Part shown: positions 32,835 to 42,487 of the stretch, in pieces
Numbering within the stretch: position 1 is the first letter of the stretch
How the letters are laid out: each line of letters opens with the position of its first letter
Translations under genes and position numbers: made by a program
NCBI GenBank assembly: GCA_963709405.1
Contig: CAVPXM010000023.1
Location: forward strand, 1 to 47,673
Source: an uncultured Nitrososphaerales archaeon
GTDB lineage: Archaea; Thermoproteota; Nitrososphaeria; Nitrososphaerales; Nitrososphaeraceae
Reading direction: 5' to 3'
DNA length: 47,673 bases
The notes under the pieces: model-generated
Told to the model about the DNA's origin: nothing
The model's database searches: none
Seen by the model: the letters and a program-made list of their open reading frames with translations, nothing else

Positions 32835-33778
32835 CTAATTCCAATATTTTAAACCCGCCTCTAAACTGCGGATTCTGTCGTATATTCTTGAATCATCAGC
32901 TTCTACTTCTGTAGTTAAATAGAGTAAAAGATCATCACCAAATGGCATAGTTATGCGTTTAATCTTTTCATATTCAGCCAACACATACTTTCCTTTTCCG
33001 ATCTTGTCTGAAAATTCACTACGTACCTTCCAGGCAGCCATAGCCATTTCAAGAGATTTTTTGCTTTCATCTTTGCTAAGTAAATTCTGTACACCCTGAC
33101 GATGACGATAGAATATTATATTGCCATTTGTATCACATATCGTGACTAATCGTATCTTTGGATCGATATTCATAATATCTTTATAGTGTTGCTTTATTTT
33201 ATAAACTCTAATTCTTAGCAGTGAACTCATCACATAACCAAATATTGCTCCCCAAACAAGGTGGAATACTATTGCAATAAGTGCAATGTTTGTTATTGAG
33301 TGGCTTAGCTGGTCGGCTAGTATGGTCTTCTGCCATGCGATTGCTAAAATTACAACGATGCGCTCGCATGGAAGGTTGTATTAAAAGGGATGTTATCGGA
33401 AGAAATAAGATTAACCATACAACGATGCCTGCTCCCATGCCAACTAATGAACTTTTGATTGGAATAAGCATGCGTATTTTCCTCCATCTAATTCCGATTG
33501 CTCCAAGTGCAATTCCTAACAGTGTGCCAATTAGTAGATGAAGTCCAAATCCTATATAACCTGCAATTATAACATTGTTCGAACCTAAAATAATACCAAT
33601 TATTGAATAAAATGTACCTATCCGTAATCCAAATGCCAGTTCAGCTGGTTGCAATACCTAAAGATATGAGTAAAGTTGCAATAATACCGGCAAATGCACC
33701 ATACTTTACTCCTTTTAAAGTTACTAACAAGTAGGTTCTGCTTTTCTTCTTAGTATGAAGTGAAGGGCTATAGCTCAT
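32835..33778 (-). CDS. Multi-pass membrane protein fused to a C-terminal roadblock/profilin-like (DUF6659-like) domain; two +1 frameshifts (near 33647 and 33366)
   Basis: Length 944 = 3n+2. TM segments contain GFGLHLLIG and FHLVWGAIFG; the C-terminal domain has DPKIRLVTICD...IGKGKYVLAEYEKIKRIT. Confidence 0.75.
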
Positions 33779-34177
33779 CTTTCAACTAGTACCTCTCTAT
33801 TCTGTTTATCGTGTTACTGCTGTTACTACACTTGGCCAATAATGTTCTCATTAGTATGCACATGCAAGGTTTTATTGTGATATCTTTATGAATAATACTC
33901 AATACCGCACAGCACCGATGTCGAATTGAATCCGATATTGCTAATAATGAATCCAAGTAATTCCCAAGAATAGATACTCTTATATTTTGATACAATATTA
34001 CTCACTGATATGAAGCTAAATATAAAGCTCATGTTGAAATAATATTACATTCAGATAATAAATCAGGTGCAAGATGGATAAATGTTAATTATTTTATATG
34101 AAGATGACTCATTCAGATGCCATCTGTTAAGTTAATTAATTCCTATGGAAGTAACAAACTACATTTTATAAATAAAT

Positions 34178-35340
34178 GAGGCTTGGACATAATTGAATTC
34201 TATATTTTTCATATATTATTTAGTAACATATTAACTACATAACATGTGTTTGATTGATTTTGGTCGTTGACTACGTCTGGTTTTATAATTGTAATAGACA
34301 AGGATCTGATATAGTAGTACTGACAGAAGTGCTATTCCAGCAGCCTTCTGGTAGCCTCTTACTGGTAATGGGTCTATTCTAAAAACAGATTTAATATGTT
34401 CTATTAGTGGTTCTATCGATTTACTTCTCCAAGAGTAAATAGCCTGTCCGGCTATCAGCTCTTTTCAGCTCAAGTCTGTCAGTAGGGGTATGTTCATATC
34501 TTTGTACTGGACATACCAGTTCAAATCCTCTTTTAGTACTCAAGTCATATAGTTTATGGTCGTCATACCCAGAATCGCCTATCATGAAACATGTTTCTGG
34601 AGACAGAGATGATGTTGATGATATCATCGGATTGTACATTTGATTATCTTGTACATTAGCAGTTGTAAAATCTGCTGCTAATGGGACTATGATGGAACCA
34701 GTACTTGATATCATATGTAGTTTGTAACCAAATATCCATCCTTTAGCATGGCTGAATCCCCATCTTGCGTCAGTATCTATGCCAGAACGTGGTACTGTAC
34801 CTTTGTTCATAGATGATTTGTGCCAAACATGTCCTTTGGCTTTCAGTAAAGTACTATCTATTGCAACAATGTATGGATCTATCATCTTCTCGCATACAAA
34901 CATGCAGGTCATGATAGTAATCCTTTTTTTGATGTCTATGGATATGGTCTTAAGTCGTCTGTCAAATGTTCGCCTGTCTGGTATTTGGGTAAGACCACAT
35001 CTTTTCATTATCTTCTTATTGTAAGGATAATCCAATTCTAGGAATTCATGTAATGCATTGTTAGAATCCAGTCTAAACCATAGCCTAACTATGAAACATC
35101 TCAGAATTACAGTAGGAGAATAAACATATGGTCTGCCCCTTCTTCCCTTTTGCGATTCTGACCACGGTATCGAACCTATCAAGTACAGAATACTAAAAAG
35201 AATAGATTCACATTTACTACCATATGCTATCCTTTGGGAATGTTTGATTATGTTTCATCACAAATTCAGACACTCAAAGGATAGCTTTATCCTAATTCAT
35301 TATAGACATAAAATATGGATCTGGAATATGCCCAAGCCTC
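34178..35340 (-). mobile_element. Full-length IS element (DDE_Tnp_1 transposase, IS982/IS5-like) with TIRs and 8-bp TSD; transposase 34231-35258 is frameshifted
   Basis: TIR GAGGCTTGG(A/G)CATA at 34178-34191 and 35327-35340. AAATAAAT at 34170-34177 and 35341-35348. Motifs IDST, GWIFGYKLH, GDSGYD and RSKSIEP. Confidence 0.92.
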
Positions 35341-35536
35341 AAATAAATAGTGATGACGCTAATCCGAAGTATTTGCTTTCGTATTGCTACCATGCGTCCT
35401 CAAGTGACAATAGAACGTTTCTACAGGTTTTTGATGTTGATATCACACGATTGTACTTACAAATGTATGATACATCCAACATTTTGGATATTAAACATTT
35501 AGGATTCAGACTATTACAGACACGGTACTTATCAAT

Positions 35537-35566
35537 TGTTAAATATTATATCCAACAGCCTTATAT
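35537..35566 (+). promoter_or_regulatory. Promoter (BRE/TATA) with TGTT-N13-AACA palindrome, conserved in all three cassette copies
   Basis: CCAACAGCYTTATA occurs in each copy, with the TATA element starting 30 nt before the start codon. Confidence 0.7.
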
Positions 35567-35589
35567 CTTTCAATCATCTTAGTCCATAG

Positions 35590-35733
35590 ATGTTAGAAAA
35601 TATAGCATACATAGGTCTTGGATTTGCAGCAGCATTCTTTGCACTTGAAGCAGCGTGGCACTTTACGGCGTGCAAGATACATGACAAATCAATAAAGCCT
35701 TGTTTCTACAAGCAAGTTGGCTTATTGAAATAG
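35590..35733 (+). CDS. 47-aa membrane-anchored microprotein, copy A
   Basis: MLENIAYIGLGFAAAFFALEAAWHFTACKIHDKSIKPCFYKQVGLLK; differences from the paralogues are rich in synonymous changes. Confidence 0.85.
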   Translation: MLENIAYIGLGFAAAFFALEAAWHFTACKIHDKSIKPCFYKQVGLLK

Positions 35734-35751
35734 AAGGAGGTCCTGATAATA

Positions 35752-35898
35752 ATGGCAAGTATTGAAAGTACTAGCAGAATTACAAGAAGGACAAGATTAC
35801 TGAAAATGAAAACAAGCCGATCATCATCTAAAGCTATTGAAGTGGAAAGAATCATCATGCATGATGGATTTAGTTATTTTTCGAGAGATAATAACTAA
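35752..35898 (+). CDS. 48-aa basic microprotein, copy A
   Basis: MASIESTSRITRRTRLLKMKTSRSSSKAIEVERIIMHDGFSYFSRDNN, preceded by SD AGGAGGT. Confidence 0.7.
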   Translation: MASIESTSRITRRTRLLKMKTSRSSSKAIEVERIIMHDGFSYFSRDNN

Positions 35899-36855
35899 TA
35901 ATTACTGGGTAGAACATTTGACGGAAGTTATATAGTTCAGATGCTATTGAATTAGGCTTCTCATAGCCATAAAGGAAAGGTTTTGTCAATTTGGGATAAA
36001 GTGTTCTTGTCATATTTGCTGTCGATATTTACAACCTAGCTGATAACTAAATTGAATATAATGATGAGCGGAAACTCCCCGGATGGATAACCGTTAATTG
36101 TTAGCGATTAACCCATTCGAGCAGGTCAATAATATGATGGCAGAAGTGCTCGCAAATATGTGTATCAGTCAGATAAAGAACGTTAGTGAATCATCTTCGC
36201 ACTTTTTGAATCCACTCAAGTGAAAATGATGTATTCATAATCAATGCACGGTTTGACAATACTGTATACATGGTGTTACTATTGCATATGAGCAAAGCAT
36301 TTGGGGGAAGAAGGAAGCTGAATCTTTATAGGGCATGAGATCATATCGGGTAACTCTAAATGCATTTTAAATCGAATCTGAAATTGTTGTCTATAACAAA
36401 CACCTTTTTCTTGAATCGGATTTATAGTATACAAACAGTAGTTAAGCGGATCTGCAGCAAAGACTATACTAGCTTTACTCACTGCAATGTCAATCCCTTT
36501 CTTCGTATTGCAGGCTTGAGTTTCTCATATCCTCGCAACCATTAAGTATATTTTCAAGTAGTTACGACATAGTAATTGAACAATTTTGCGAGAGCTATGG
36601 AAAGACGTATACAGATGGATTTACTAAAGCATGGGAGCGGAGCTCATTTAGGATAATGTGGACATCCGATTGTACAAGCTGCGTGGTTCTGTTACTTGGT
36701 CAAGGAGTGAGAGTTGATAAGTCGATTAAGGCTTTTTTCTAATAGGCTTTAAAAGATAAAGAAAGCATATCACAAACCTGTTCTGCCCACACGATTCATT
36801 TAAACGGCTGCCATGTTCCACTGCCAAGTAATTGTAACAGGCTTTTGCGTACTAA

Positions 36856-37230
36856 CTAATTCTTTCTTAGTGCAAAGAATATGAAAGTGTAATCAAGGCG
36901 TGTATCATCCCAATGAATAACTTTTTCTGCGTGTGAAAAATCTATTGGTTCAGTAAGAAGGAAACCGTTCCGTTCTGCAATGCTAATTACCTCTTCCTCT
37001 ATTTCTCTCCTGTTGAAAATATTATCAGGCGAATTCTTAGGATTTACGTCCGTATTAACTAGATTGACTATCTTATCAGGCCAGTAGTCGGTCGATGTCA
37101 AAAGTACTCCACCTTTTTTATTATTCTATTCATCTCTTTGAAATAGTTCTGAATATTAATACCATGTTCGATGACTGATAATGACGTAACGAAATCAAAT
37201 GTAAACGAGAATGTTGCTCCAGGAAGAGTC
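36856..37230 (-). pseudogene. C-terminal part of a class I SAM methyltransferase
   Basis: FDFVTSLSVIEHG...FKEMNRIIKK(GGVLL)TSTDYW with a frameshift near 37113; motif I absent. Confidence 0.75.
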
Positions 37231-37593
37231 CTGAATCGAACGATCTTTGCTGATTCTGCACTTCCTACACTACCTGATGTCGAGGTGTGAATCTGACTAT
37301 CGTTACTAGTCCGTGTTATCTCTTGTCCAACCACGACAACTCAGGAATTTGGCTGGCTCCTTTCAGAGCGACGTCCTTTACAATCGCTACAGGAATGCTT
37401 CGCTCGTCTTGCGAATCAGTCGTAGTCGTAATAACCTTGTAAGCCTCTAACGTCCGAGGAAGTATCGCCTTATCTGATGGCTGCTGGAACTTCGAGAGAT
37501 TTTTAATACCAGCTGTGGTTTGCTTCTGCGGCGATGCTTATGACATCGAAAAGTCTTAGTTCAGTATATAACTTAGGCTCGTACTAATTGGGC

Positions 37594-37941
37594 CTATAAA
37601 ATAGCAGATTCTCCAGCAGTCTTTGACGCCAAATCATACGCTTCCAGAACATCGCGGACAAAGACCTTGCCGCGCGTGGGTGGTAATTTAAGGAGATCGT
37701 CAATAACAGGTTTCACCTTTGAGTCGGGTACAATAGTCGACATACGTACTCTGGACACATATTCTGGACCCATTTTTTTCTCATATGTGTAGGCCTGAAT
37801 CGTGTGTGGAACGGCCTCATGGGGTATCTTTCCTCTTCCTTTGACCTCTGAAAGACTTATGCCTCCAACCCCATGCATATGGAGAACATCAGTTGCCGCC
37901 GAGACGTTCTCCCATGCGATATAAATGTCGATCTGTTTCAT
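37594..37941 (-). CDS. P-II family nitrogen regulatory protein (divergent)
   Basis: MKQIDIYI, GVGGISLSEVKGRGK, IVPDSKVKPVID and GKVFVRDVLEAYDLASKTAGESAI. Confidence 0.88.
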   Translation of the reverse strand: MKQIDIYIAWENVSAATDVLHMHGVGGISLSEVKGRGKIPHEAVPHTIQAYTYEKKMGPEYVSRVRMSTIVPDSKVKPVIDDLLKLPPTRGKVFVRDVLEAYDLASKTAGESAIL

Positions 37942-38479
37942 ACTTATAGTTACTCACCATTGTAATAATATTTTATGCTTCGCTTCTTAAAGCTTCCCTA
38001 TCAATCATGTACCCTGTTAACTTAGAGATAAAGCTATTGCCGCGAACATTCTCTAATATTCTATGAGTCTATTTGAACGTGAGAGAACATGAGCAGAAAC
38101 AATATTGTATACATTATACTTATATTTTCTAGGTCTAAGTAAGTTTCAGAAATACATTTAAAGCGATCCAACTCTTTGGAAAAGAGTGAGGACGAAGGAG
38201 TCATGTTGTTGCTGTACTGAAATGGGTTCAGAAATTCAATCCCGGGTGTGTTTACCGTTATAAAAGAGTAGTATCTGCTTTTCCAATTCATATGCCGAAC
38301 TATGTGACTGTATATGTGTCAGAGAAAATATCTTAATTGGTAAAGCTGTGGTCTGCGAAATGAAAATAGTTCATGGCAAGTTCTTATGTACAGCTTTCGT
38401 CGTTAAAGACATCATACGACATGAGCTTGCAATTAACAGTACCAGAAAGAATTTTTATGACGAAATGATTTCATTTACA

Positions 38480-41236
38480 TCAACTGTGCTCCTTCTTTCT
38501 GGTCAATAGTTTTATTATTTCTGAATATACAAACCCAGTTGTGGCTAACACCAACAGAAGAATCCAATCTCCTACTTGCAACGGTACAAAATCAAATAAC
38601 TCTTGCATCGGTGGATAGTTCATGATAAAAAGAGCAGCAGCTGATTCGCCGATCAACGAATAGAGTAGCGTTTTGTTTCCAAATAATCCAAGTTCATTAA
38701 TATTGTGAGTAAATGATCTACATGATAATGCAAAGAATAATTCGAAGAAGACTATTACGCCAAAAACCATAGTTCTACCCTTTGCAACTGCAAGACTCGA
38801 ATTCCATCCATTAACCTGTAAAACGTATGCAAAGAGCAGCAATGACGTCACTGCGAGAATAATTGGAATTGTTATCAGCAACCTCTTGATGCCAAAGAAT
38901 ACGCTTTCCCTTGGATGTCTCGGCTTTCTTCTCATAATGTCAGGCTCATGAGGTTCTAGACCGAGTGCTATGGCCGGAAAACCATCAGTTGCAAGATTGA
39001 TGAAAAGGATATGTTTTGCCAGTAATGGAAGAGGCCATCCCATAATGACAGAGAATGCAAGGATAATGATTTCACCTAAATTTACAGATAATAAATAAAC
39101 AAGGTACTTTTTGACATTGTCAAAAATTCCTCTTCCCTCCTCGATTGCTGAAACAATAGTTGCAAAATTATCATCTGCGAGAATTATCGATGCCGATTCT
39201 TTTGCTACTTGAGAACCTGTTATTCCCATCGCGATACCAATATCAGCTGCTTTTAACGCGGGGGCGTCGTTTACTCCATCACCTGTCATAGCAACGATAT
39301 GCCCTTTATTCTTCAGCGCTTGTACGATCTTGAGCTTGTGTTCCGGTGAAACTCTTGCATATATCTTGATGTAGTCTGCCCTTTTACTTAAGGATGTGAC
39401 ATCTGTAGTTTCTAGCTCTTGATCAGATACAATGATGGCATTGTCATCTTTTGTCGTTAACTTATCATCGATTATTCCGATCTCTCTTGCGACAGCTATA
39501 GCTGTAAGTTTATGGTCTCCGGTTATCATAACGACATCTATCCCTGCGCATTTGCATTGCGCAATTGAATCTATGACTTCCTTCCTTGGTGGGTCCATCA
39601 TCCCCACAAGGCCTAGGAACAAAAGATTCTTTTCTACATCTTCTTGTGATAAATGATTCTCTTTCAGCTCTTTGTACGCTAGTGCTAACACTCGTAATCC
39701 TCTTGTAGCCATATCATCATTTGCAGCCAGAATTCTATTTCTCATATCGTCAGACAAGGACAAAGATTTGTTATCGACAACAATCCCGGAGCAACGACTC
39801 AGGACAACTTCACAAGCGCCTTTGATATAAGCTTCATGCTTTCTACTATTACTGCTACTATTACTATTATTATTGCATGAACTTCTATGGATTGTTGTCA
39901 TCATCTTTCTTTCGGGACTGAATGGTATTTCTTGTACCCTCGGATATTCGGAATTTGTTTTGTCCTTTGTTATGCCACCAATCTTGTAGGCAAAAATTAA
40001 CAATGCAATCTCAGTCGGGTCTCCTGTTAGGTCAGCCTTATCTTCTTTGAACACTATGTTAGCATCATTACATAAAACCGCTGTCTTGGCAAGTAGCATT
40101 AGATCGTTGTTATCAATATTTGAATCAACAACCCCACCTTCTAAACCATATCCTGCACCAGTTACCTGAGCAGATTTGTCATACACATAGAGATTCCTTA
40201 CTGTCATCTCCCCCTTCGTTAAGGTTCCCGTTTTGTCACTACAAATTATAGTCGTCGAACCAAGAACTTCCACAGCCTGAAGCCGCCTCACTACTGCGTT
40301 TCGTTTAGCCATTTTATATGTTCCAACTGTCAGAGATGCTGTTATAACTGCAGGTAACGCTTCTGGAACAGCTGCTACTGCTAAGCTTATTCCCCAAACA
40401 AGCATGTCTAATAGTTGGAGACCACGAATAAATGCAAAGATACTAACAATTCCAACTACGAGTAACATTATTACACTCAGCAGTTTCGTGGTATGTCTAA
40501 TCTTTAGTTCAAAAGGAGTCTTTCGTACATCAATTGTTTGTACTTCAGTTGCAACCTTTCCTAGTTCTGTATCCATGGCAGTTGCAAAAACTACTGCTTT
40601 TCCTCGACCATAGGTTATAGTGGTAGTAGTGTAAATGATGTTTTTTCTGCCAACAATCGGCGTATCTTTAGATATCACTGCTGCAGTTTTTCCTACTGGA
40701 AGTGATTCTCCAGTTAAAGGTGCCTCGTTTACCTCCAAGTTGTGACTCTCAATTAAGTATGCGTCCCCAGGAACTTTGTCCCCTACAGAAAGCAGAATTA
40801 TGTCACCGGGGACAAGTCTTGTCACATCAATTATGCTTTCCTCATTATTTCGAATAACCCGGCATGTTCCGGCTGTCATCTTCTTTAACGCTTCAACCGT
40901 CTTTTCTGACCTGTATTCCTGGATAAAGGCTACAGTGGCCGCAAGTATTACTATTGCGATGATAATAGCTGAATCAATCAGTTCACCCACAATCGCAGAG
41001 ATCGCAGTCGCAAATAGGAGTATTATTATAAGAGGATCGGTGAACTGTTTTGCGAATGTGGCTGCTCTCGAGATCCCTCTTTCTGCTTCGATTTCATTAA
41101 ATCCGTAGACTGTAAGTCTCTCGTTAGCTTCTCTCTGAGTCAGTCCTCTGATACTAGTCCGTAAATCTTGCATAACTTGATCACGATTTATAGAATGCCA
41201 GTCGGGTTTTGTTGATTTTGTCGATTCCTTTACCAT
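38480..41236 (-). CDS. Cation-transporting P-type ATPase, P2A (Ca2+-ATPase-like)
   Basis: LTGES, AAVPEALP, DKTGTLT, KGA, MITGD, TGDGVNDAPAL and INLATDG; intact 918 aa. Confidence 0.96.
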   Translation of the reverse strand: MVKESTKSTKPDWHSINRDQVMQDLRTSIRGLTQREANERLTVYGFNEIEAERGISRAATFAKQFTDPLIIILLFATAISAIVGELIDSAIIIAIVILAATVAFIQEYRSEKTVEALKKMTAGTCRVIRNNEESIIDVTRLVPGDIILLSVGDKVPGDAYLIESHNLEVNEAPLTGESLPVGKTAAVISKDTPIVGRKNIIYTTTTITYGRGKAVVFATAMDTELGKVATEVQTIDVRKTPFELKIRHTTKLLSVIMLLVVGIVSIFAFIRGLQLLDMLVWGISLAVAAVPEALPAVITASLTVGTYKMAKRNAVVRRLQAVEVLGSTTIICSDKTGTLTKGEMTVRNLYVYDKSAQVTGAGYGLEGGVVDSNIDNNDLMLLAKTAVLCNDANIVFKEDKADLTGDPTEIALLIFAYKIGGITKDKTNSEYPRVQEIPFSPERKMMTTIHRSSCNNNSNSSSNSRKHEAYIKGACEVVLSRCSGIVVDNKSLSLSDDMRNRILAANDDMATRGLRVLALAYKELKENHLSQEDVEKNLLFLGLVGMMDPPRKEVIDSIAQCKCAGIDVVMITGDHKLTAIAVAREIGIIDDKLTTKDDNAIIVSDQELETTDVTSLSKRADYIKIYARVSPEHKLKIVQALKNKGHIVAMTGDGVNDAPALKAADIGIAMGITGSQVAKESASIILADDNFATIVSAIEEGRGIFDNVKKYLVYLLSVNLGEIIILAFSVIMGWPLPLLAKHILFINLATDGFPAIALGLEPHEPDIMRRKPRHPRESVFFGIKRLLITIPIILAVTSLLLFAYVLQVNGWNSSLAVAKGRTMVFGVIVFFELFFALSCRSFTHNINELGLFGNKTLLYSLIGESAAALFIMNYPPMQELFDFVPLQVGDWILLLVLATTGFVYSEIIKLLTRKKEHS

Positions 41237-41388
41237 CTATTGAAATACTTCCAAACTAATGTGTATCGGTGCAATAAGTTTATGCTTTCTAATATCAGGA
41301 TTCATCAATTAATTCTTTCTTATAGAATTTCAATCGTCCTGATATTGTCATTTTGAGGTATTTGCGGTAACTACCGTTCAAGATAATT

Positions 41389-41725
41389 TTACAACCCTCC
41401 GGTTATTGTTCCATAAACTAACCCTGCAATGACACTTCCAATCCATGCTATAGCCACGTATGTTAGAACAACTTTCCATCGGACAATTCTTGATACCGCT
41501 ACGGCGTAAACAACATCATATGGTTGTCCCATAAGCCATGATAAGAGTGGACCTTTGGTCATTCCCAGAGCGACTAATCCTTTACTGAGAACAATTTCTA
41601 CCACTGTAGGTGTATATAGAGGTCCGCAAATCACAGATGCCATTAAGACCCCTATGCCCCCAGCGACATAATCGGACACTATGTCCTGTGGAAAGTAAGC
41701 TTGGACGTAACTAACTGTAACAATC
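41389..41725 (-). pseudogene. C-terminal fragment of a permease (DUF318/ArsP-like)
   Basis: ASVICGPLYTPT...LVALGMTKGPLLSWLMGQP; N-terminal part missing. Confidence 0.7.
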
Positions 41726-42312
41726 CCTCACCACGCCAAGAAGTTTGGGGACTTCCATGGCGTTCTAATGTAACTCAGGGATTCAAGGTCTCGCGCACTG
41801 CATAGAGGAACGTCCATTATATTTTGGTGGATGATCTCCGCAGTTGCTAGATGATATTCTGCATGTTAGCGATGCAAAATATTTCTTGTCCTTGAAAAAG
41901 ATATGTATCTTTCAAATTCATTTATCTTGTCGATACGAATGTGTGTTTTTAATGTCTGTCCTACTTTAAACTCTTAATTTCAAATCGGATTTACAAAATT
42001 ATTGAATCATATCTAATATATTTTAACGGTCACATTGCGATCGCTATTATTTGCTATTATACCACACGAATTTTTTACTGACCAATTTAGCCGATGTGCT
42101 TTCGTATTGTTATCATACGTACTCAATTGACAATAGAATGTTTCTACAGGTTTTTGATGTTCACATCACACGATTGTACTTACAAATGTATGATACATCC
42201 AATATTTTGGATATTAAATATTTAGGATACAGATTATTAGAAATACAGTACTTTACAATTGTTAAATATTATATCCAACAGCCTTATATCTTTCAATGAT
42301 CTTAGACCATAG

Positions 42313-42465
42313 GTGTTAGAAAATATAGCATATTTTGGCCTCGGCTTTGCAACTGTCTTCCTTGCACTTGAAGCAGCATGGCACTTTACAGTCTGCAAAA
42401 TACATGACAAATCAATAAAGCCCTGTATGTACAAGCAGGTAAAGTTAGCTTTAGTGAGAGCATAG
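42313..42465 (+). CDS. 50-aa membrane-anchored microprotein, copy B (within repeat 42097-42441)
   Basis: GTG start; MLENIAYFGLGFATVFLALEAAWHFTVCKIHDKSIKPCMYKQVKLALVRA. Confidence 0.8.
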   Translation: MLENIAYFGLGFATVFLALEAAWHFTVCKIHDKSIKPCMYKQVKLALVRA

Positions 42466-42487
42466 CAGATAAGGAAATCCGAAATGG

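Larger units (their letters stand above)
35374..36115 (+). repeat. Dispersed repeat copy A (microprotein cassette)
   Basis: 35374-35718 matches 42097-42441 (offset 6723); about 35552-36115 matches about 44284-44847 (offset 8732). Confidence 0.95.

Noticed and set aside
35244-35582. ORF 35244-35582 and its homologue 42051-42299 as a protein family
   Set aside because: It starts inside the IS end, runs through the cassette promoter, and differences between copies are mostly non-synonymous. Better explained as duplicated upstream DNA, though not fully excluded.
36030-36045. Conserved in-frame TAG in the repeat tail as pyrrolysine or readthrough
   Set aside because: No start codon, no recognisable protein and no pyl genes in the window; shared ancestry of the two copies explains it.
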